Part shown: positions 17,180 to 20,000 of the stretch, piece by piece | How the letters are laid out: every line of letters starts with the position of its first letter | Numbering within the stretch: position 1 is the stretch's first letter | Virus record (IMG/VR): IMGVR_UViG_3300025821_000011 | Reading direction: 5' to 3' (one strand) | DNA length: 20,000 nt | Source: an uncultured virus (IMG/VR IMGVR_UViG_3300025821_000011) | Lineage: Duplodnaviria; Heunggongvirae; Uroviricota; Caudoviricetes; Crassvirales | Translations under genes and position numbers: made by a program | The notes under the pieces: generated by a model | What the model was told of the DNA's origin: nothing | What the model saw: the letters and a program-made list of their open reading frames with translations, nothing else | The model's database searches: none

Positions 17180-17227
17180 TACAAACTAAATACGATCAAC
17201 AATCGATAATATAAGTGAATAACAAAT
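17178..17227 (+). promoter_or_regulatory. Early-region repeat element, copy 3
   Basis: AATACAAACTAAATACG-ATCAACAAT-CGATAATATAAGTGAATAACAAAT. Confidence 0.7.
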
Positions 17228-17256
17228 CAAATAATAATAACTAAATAAATTAAATT

Positions 17257-17595
17257 ATGTCAAATCAAGAATTAATTACAACTGCAATCGCAAAAATGTC
17301 AACTGAAGAAAAAGCTCTAATCTTCCCACCGATCACTCGAGCAAACTTTGTAGTCAGAAAATCATGGCTAGGTAGAAATCAAATCATAACTTTCAACTCG
17401 AAAGCTACTAAAACAAAACCAAGTATCAAAGTAACCTACAATCATGATGACGTCTTACAAGCGATGTTACCTAAACTAAATATCATGCCATGTTGGATCA
17501 AACGCGGATACTGGTCACAGTCAACTGATATGCCAGCAAATGTTAGACATCTGTCAGAACGTGAAACAATTGAAACTGAGGCTACTGAAAAGTAG
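17257..17595 (+). CDS. Hypothetical early protein (112 aa)
   Basis: Track ORF with A-rich leader AAATAAATTAAATTATG; a GAAA-loop hairpin overlaps the stop (17578-17599). Confidence 0.8.
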   Translation: MSNQELITTAIAKMSTEEKALIFPPITRANFVVRKSWLGRNQIITFNSKATKTKPSIKVTYNHDDVLQAMLPKLNIMPCWIKRGYWSQSTDMPANVRHLSERETIETEATEK

Positions 17596-17618
17596 TCTTA
17601 GGATCAACCCCTAAAAAC

Positions 17619-17670
17619 GTGACAATAGCCTGCTATTATATTAATATAACAAGCTAACGTCACACTTTTT
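17619..17670. repeat. Imperfect palindromic element, copy B
   Basis: GTGACAATAGCCTGCTATTATATTAATATAACAAGCTAACGTCACACTTTTT; homologous to 16257-16310. Confidence 0.7.
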
Positions 17671-17713
17671 ATTCCGCTTCGAGTTTCCGTTGCGAGATCT
17701 TGGCCTGGGTATA

Positions 17714-17770
17714 AATGCTATACACCGGAAGAGTAGACTCCGCCCTACGTAACGTTCAAATGCTATACAC
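17714..17770 (+). repeat. Two copies of 12-mer AATGCTATACAC (17714-17725, 17759-17770); also at 19681-19692 and 19984-19995
   Basis: Exact matches read directly from the sequence. Confidence 0.75.
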
Positions 17771-17939
17771 TTCACCTGTAACGATCAGTCGATCAAGTCT
17801 TTTTCACTACAAAACCTCCATTTCATAGGTAAAACAACTAAAATAACTACTATTTGTAGGTAAATATACTACTTTTACTTACATTTAGAGGTAGTATAAC
17901 ACTTTCACTACTATTTGTACCTATAAATAATTTTACACC

Positions 17940-17989
17940 TTTACAAACTAAATACGAAACTAATTCGATAATATATATGAATCTAAAAT
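17940..17989 (+). promoter_or_regulatory. Early-region repeat element, copy 4
   Basis: TTTACAAACTAAATACG-AAACTAATT-CGATAATATATATGAATCTAAAAT. Confidence 0.72.
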
Positions 17990-18021
17990 AATAACGATTT
18001 CAACTAAAAAATAACCAAGTT

Positions 18022-18102
18022 ATGAAAGAATATCACGGATTTAATAGCGAACAAGAGTATGAAGAGTATGCACAGTTAATGTGGTTAATAAATAACAATT
18101 AA
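18022..18102 (+). CDS. Hypothetical 26-aa peptide
   Basis: MKEYHGFNSEQEYEEYAQLMWLINNN; first ORF after repeat copy 4. Confidence 0.45.
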   Translation: MKEYHGFNSEQEYEEYAQLMWLINNN

Positions 18103-18107
18103 TAAAA

Positions 18108-18257
18108 ATGAGTAGAACAAAAAGAAAAGCCTACACCGGATCTAAAGCGATTGATAAGAGTTGCAGAGGTAAGCGCGGAAGTTGCCCTACTTGTAGTGGA
18201 AACAGACAATACAAAAATACTAAACGAGAAATAAAAGAAGACTATGGTATTAACTAA
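18108..18257 (+). CDS. Small basic Cys-containing protein (49 aa), possible Zn binder
   Basis: MSRTKRKAYTGSKAIDKSCRGKRGSCPTCSGNRQYKNTKREIKEDYGIN; resembles a recurrent small phage family (KAxDxSCR...GSCPxCxxNR). Confidence 0.65.
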   Translation: MSRTKRKAYTGSKAIDKSCRGKRGSCPTCSGNRQYKNTKREIKEDYGIN

Positions 18258-18420
18258 CGAAGAAATAAAATCTATCGCTAACCGCCTAGATGAAATAATA
18301 GGTGACAACTTTCATGACGCTATGTGGAATACCATAAGCGAGCGAGATGTAGACTACAACTTCGAAGTAAGTGACGAAGATATACTAAAAATAAAACAAC
18401 AATTAAAAAGAATAATATGA
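18244..18420 (+). CDS. Hypothetical acidic protein (58 aa)
   Basis: MVLTNEEIKSIANRLDEIIGDNFHDAMWNT...KQQLKRII; ATGA overlap with the next gene. Confidence 0.6.
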   Translation: MVLTNEEIKSIANRLDEIIGDNFHDAMWNTISERDVDYNFEVSDEDILKIKQQLKRII

Positions 18421-18635
18421 AAGTGATGACAATGAAAGAAACGTGTGTATACGTTGTACAAAAGAGAAAAGCGGATGCTGTACAACATCGCAAAACAGTA
18501 ACTCAGGGTGAATATTGTTCAGGGTTGACAGCGAAAGAATACCGAAAAGTGAGAACTAAAAGCAAAGGAGCAGGCAGTAAAGGTAGATCATTCTCTCACA
18601 CTAGATTGTGGAATCACCACCATCACCCAGCATAA
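18417..18635 (+). CDS. Hypothetical basic protein (72 aa)
   Basis: Track ORF; its stop abuts repeat copy 5. Confidence 0.65.
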   Translation: MKVMTMKETCVYVVQKRKADAVQHRKTVTQGEYCSGLTAKEYRKVRTKSKGAGSKGRSFSHTRLWNHHHHPA

Positions 18636-18684
18636 TTACAAACTAAATACGATCCCCTTTCGATAATATATATGAATTTAAAAT
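18635..18684 (+). promoter_or_regulatory. Early-region repeat element, copy 5
   Basis: ATTACAAACTAAATACG-ATCCCCTTT-CGATAATATATATGAATTTAAAAT. Confidence 0.72.
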
Positions 18685-18691
18685 AACAATA

Positions 18692-18793
18692 ATGAGTAAT
18701 AAATTTCAACACCGAGTGCTAATAGTATTAGCAAAAGTAAACAAAGTATTAACTAAGTTAGGTAGCGCCGCTGCTTATGCTATACGAAACTAA
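18692..18793 (+). CDS. Hypothetical 33-aa amphipathic peptide
   Basis: MSNKFQHRVLIVLAKVNKVLTKLGSAAAYAIRN; starts 7 nt after repeat copy 5. Confidence 0.5.
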   Translation: MSNKFQHRVLIVLAKVNKVLTKLGSAAAYAIRN

Positions 18794-18796
18794 AGT

Positions 18797-18958
18797 ATGC
18801 CACCAGAAGGATATCGCGAAAGACAAAGAGAAAAGTACGCTAAGATCAGAGAACAGAATAAAGCGTTTTTAAGAAACTTTCAGCAAGCTATGAGAGAAAG
18901 AATACAGTTAAGTAATCTAAACGACTTGTTAAAAGAGAACAATATAAAAACTATATAA
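18797..18958 (+). CDS. Hypothetical protein (53 aa)
   Basis: MPPEGYRERQREKYAKIREQNKAFLRNFQQ...; 3-nt gaps to both neighbours. Confidence 0.55.
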   Translation: MPPEGYRERQREKYAKIREQNKAFLRNFQQAMRERIQLSNLNDLLKENNIKTI

Positions 18959-18961
18959 GAT

Positions 18962-19201
18962 ATGAAATACAGAGGTTATTTTTACAAGCAAATCGAAGTA
19001 TCAGATTATCGAGAGAGAAAAGCAATTATGTACCGATGTAGCGACGAAGCATTACTCGAGCATGTACAAGTAACTAGCTTTACTAAGTTCACTGAAAAAC
19101 AAATGCGTGAAGCAATTGACGACTATATAGATAATGTCGATCACTATAAAAAACTAAAAGTACTAACGTACGAAGCAACTAAAGAATTTTTAAATAAGTA
19201 A
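18962..19201 (+). CDS. Hypothetical protein (79 aa)
   Basis: Track ORF in a tightly packed train. Confidence 0.7.
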   Translation: MKYRGYFYKQIEVSDYRERKAIMYRCSDEALLEHVQVTSFTKFTEKQMREAIDDYIDNVDHYKKLKVLTYEATKEFLNK

Positions 19202-19203
19202 CT

Positions 19204-19461
19204 ATGGAATTAATTAAAGTAACAAAAAAAGGCTCTATCTACTTCAAACTAGATGACGGTAGATTAGGTGTATCTTACAACAGCGGATACATAAGAGTAA
19301 GTACTAAAGACTCAAACTCTAAATTATACCAAATCAATAAGAAAATAATCTTACGCTATGGTAAACTAAACGATCAATATCACTACAAACGTAAGTTAAT
19401 CACTTCATCTTCTGATAGAGTAAAAGCTTTACTAGAATTTAATAATAATAATTGTAAGTAA
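19204..19461 (+). CDS. Hypothetical protein (85 aa)
   Basis: Track ORF in a tightly packed train. Confidence 0.7.
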   Translation: MELIKVTKKGSIYFKLDDGRLGVSYNSGYIRVSTKDSNSKLYQINKKIILRYGKLNDQYHYKRKLITSSSDRVKALLEFNNNNCK

Positions 19462-19586
19462 TGAAACTAACAGCGGATATACTACAAGAACTATCAATGT
19501 ACGTACAAGTAAACTACGAAGACGATTGGTACTTACAAGAAAAAGTAAACGAACTTAAAGAAAAGCTATATGAAAAAGATAAATGA
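19461..19586 (+). CDS. Hypothetical protein (41 aa)
   Basis: MKLTADILQELSMYVQVNYEDDWYLQEKVNELKEKLYEKDK; TAATG overlap with the upstream gene. Confidence 0.55.
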   Translation: MKLTADILQELSMYVQVNYEDDWYLQEKVNELKEKLYEKDK

Positions 19587-19752
19587 TATGGTACTTGAAG
19601 TAGCTGAAGTAACATTGCAATTAATGAAAGATACTACTGATTGGGTATTATCCGATCATTCAACATCGGGCGACGAGTATAATGCTATACACGCTGCTAT
19701 AATAAAGCTAGCGATCAACAAAATGTATATGCAAACTAAACACGATCAATAA
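19570..19752 (+). CDS. Hypothetical protein (60 aa)
   Basis: Track ORF; its 3' end runs into repeat copy 6. Confidence 0.65.
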   Translation: MKKINDMVLEVAEVTLQLMKDTTDWVLSDHSTSGDEYNAIHAAIIKLAINKMYMQTKHDQ

Positions 19753-19777
19753 CCGATAATATATATGAATTTAAAAA
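19728..19777 (+). promoter_or_regulatory. Early-region repeat element, copy 6
   Basis: TATGCAAACTAAACACG-ATCAATAAC-CGATAATATATATGAATTTAAAAA. Confidence 0.68.
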
Positions 19778-19784
19778 TAATAAT

Positions 19785-19985
19785 ATGACTTTATACCAAA
19801 GATTAAAACCAGAGCACAAAGAATCTATTAGCAAACACGGTAAAAGATATCCAAACAGTGCTGAAAGTATTATAACATCACTAAAAACCGAAAAGTTTTT
19901 TACAAACGTACGATATGGCGATGCTATGGAAGTACAAAGCATATGTAACCTTAAATACTTCGGCGATGCATTTATTACAGTCTAA
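19785..19985 (+). CDS. Hypothetical protein (66 aa)
   Basis: Track ORF starting just after repeat copy 6. Confidence 0.7.
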   Translation: MTLYQRLKPEHKESISKHGKRYPNSAESIITSLKTEKFFTNVRYGDAMEVQSICNLKYFGDAFITV

Positions 19986-20000
19986 TGCTATACACGAACG

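Noticed and set aside
18776..18788. TATGCTATACGAA matches part of loxP
   Set aside because: It is a 13-nt partial match inside an ORF with no left arm; most likely a chance variant of the ATGCTATAC motif.
16585..19777. The six repeats as a CRISPR array
   Set aside because: Repeat periods are 232-1093 bp and irregular, the intervening DNA encodes ORFs, and no cas genes are present.
18099..19942. Minus-strand ORFs 18099..18308 and 19736..19942
   Set aside because: Antisense to tightly tiled plus-strand early genes.
1..20000. Stop-codon reassignment, as in some crAss-like phages, and tRNA genes
   Set aside because: Genes tile fully under the standard code with TAA, TAG and TGA all used as stops; no cloverleaf was recognised by eye (tRNAscan not run).

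Overview
This is a 20 kb segment of an AT-rich tailed dsDNA phage. The host is probably Bacteroidetes/Flavobacteriia, inferred from the protein families and the A-rich, SD-less start contexts. The left ~16.2 kb is a minus-strand late/morphogenesis block. In transcription order it carries a small basic protein, four tail fibre/appendage genes (one with GNVGIGT repeats and a C-terminal S74 chaperone), groEL-groES, a winged-helix-like protein, two holin-like genes, an HExxH protein, a tandem-GroES-like protein, putative terS, terL and the 5' part of the portal gene. A strongly skewed non-coding junction (16193-16584) separates this from a plus-strand early region of tiny ORFs. That region is punctuated by six copies of a ~50 bp element, TACAAACTAAATACG-N9-CGATAATATATATGAATYTAAAAT, whose variable core shows compensatory base-pairing. 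The main observations are: (1) a 200-codon +1-frame ORF overprinted on terL that has a lipoprotein-like signal peptide and coincides with distorted terL codon usage; (2) the covarying hairpin/promoter element organising the early genes into cassettes; (3) a three-part chaperonin set; (4) DNA-level conserved junctions between tail-fibre modules. All product calls come from motif recognition; no database search was run.
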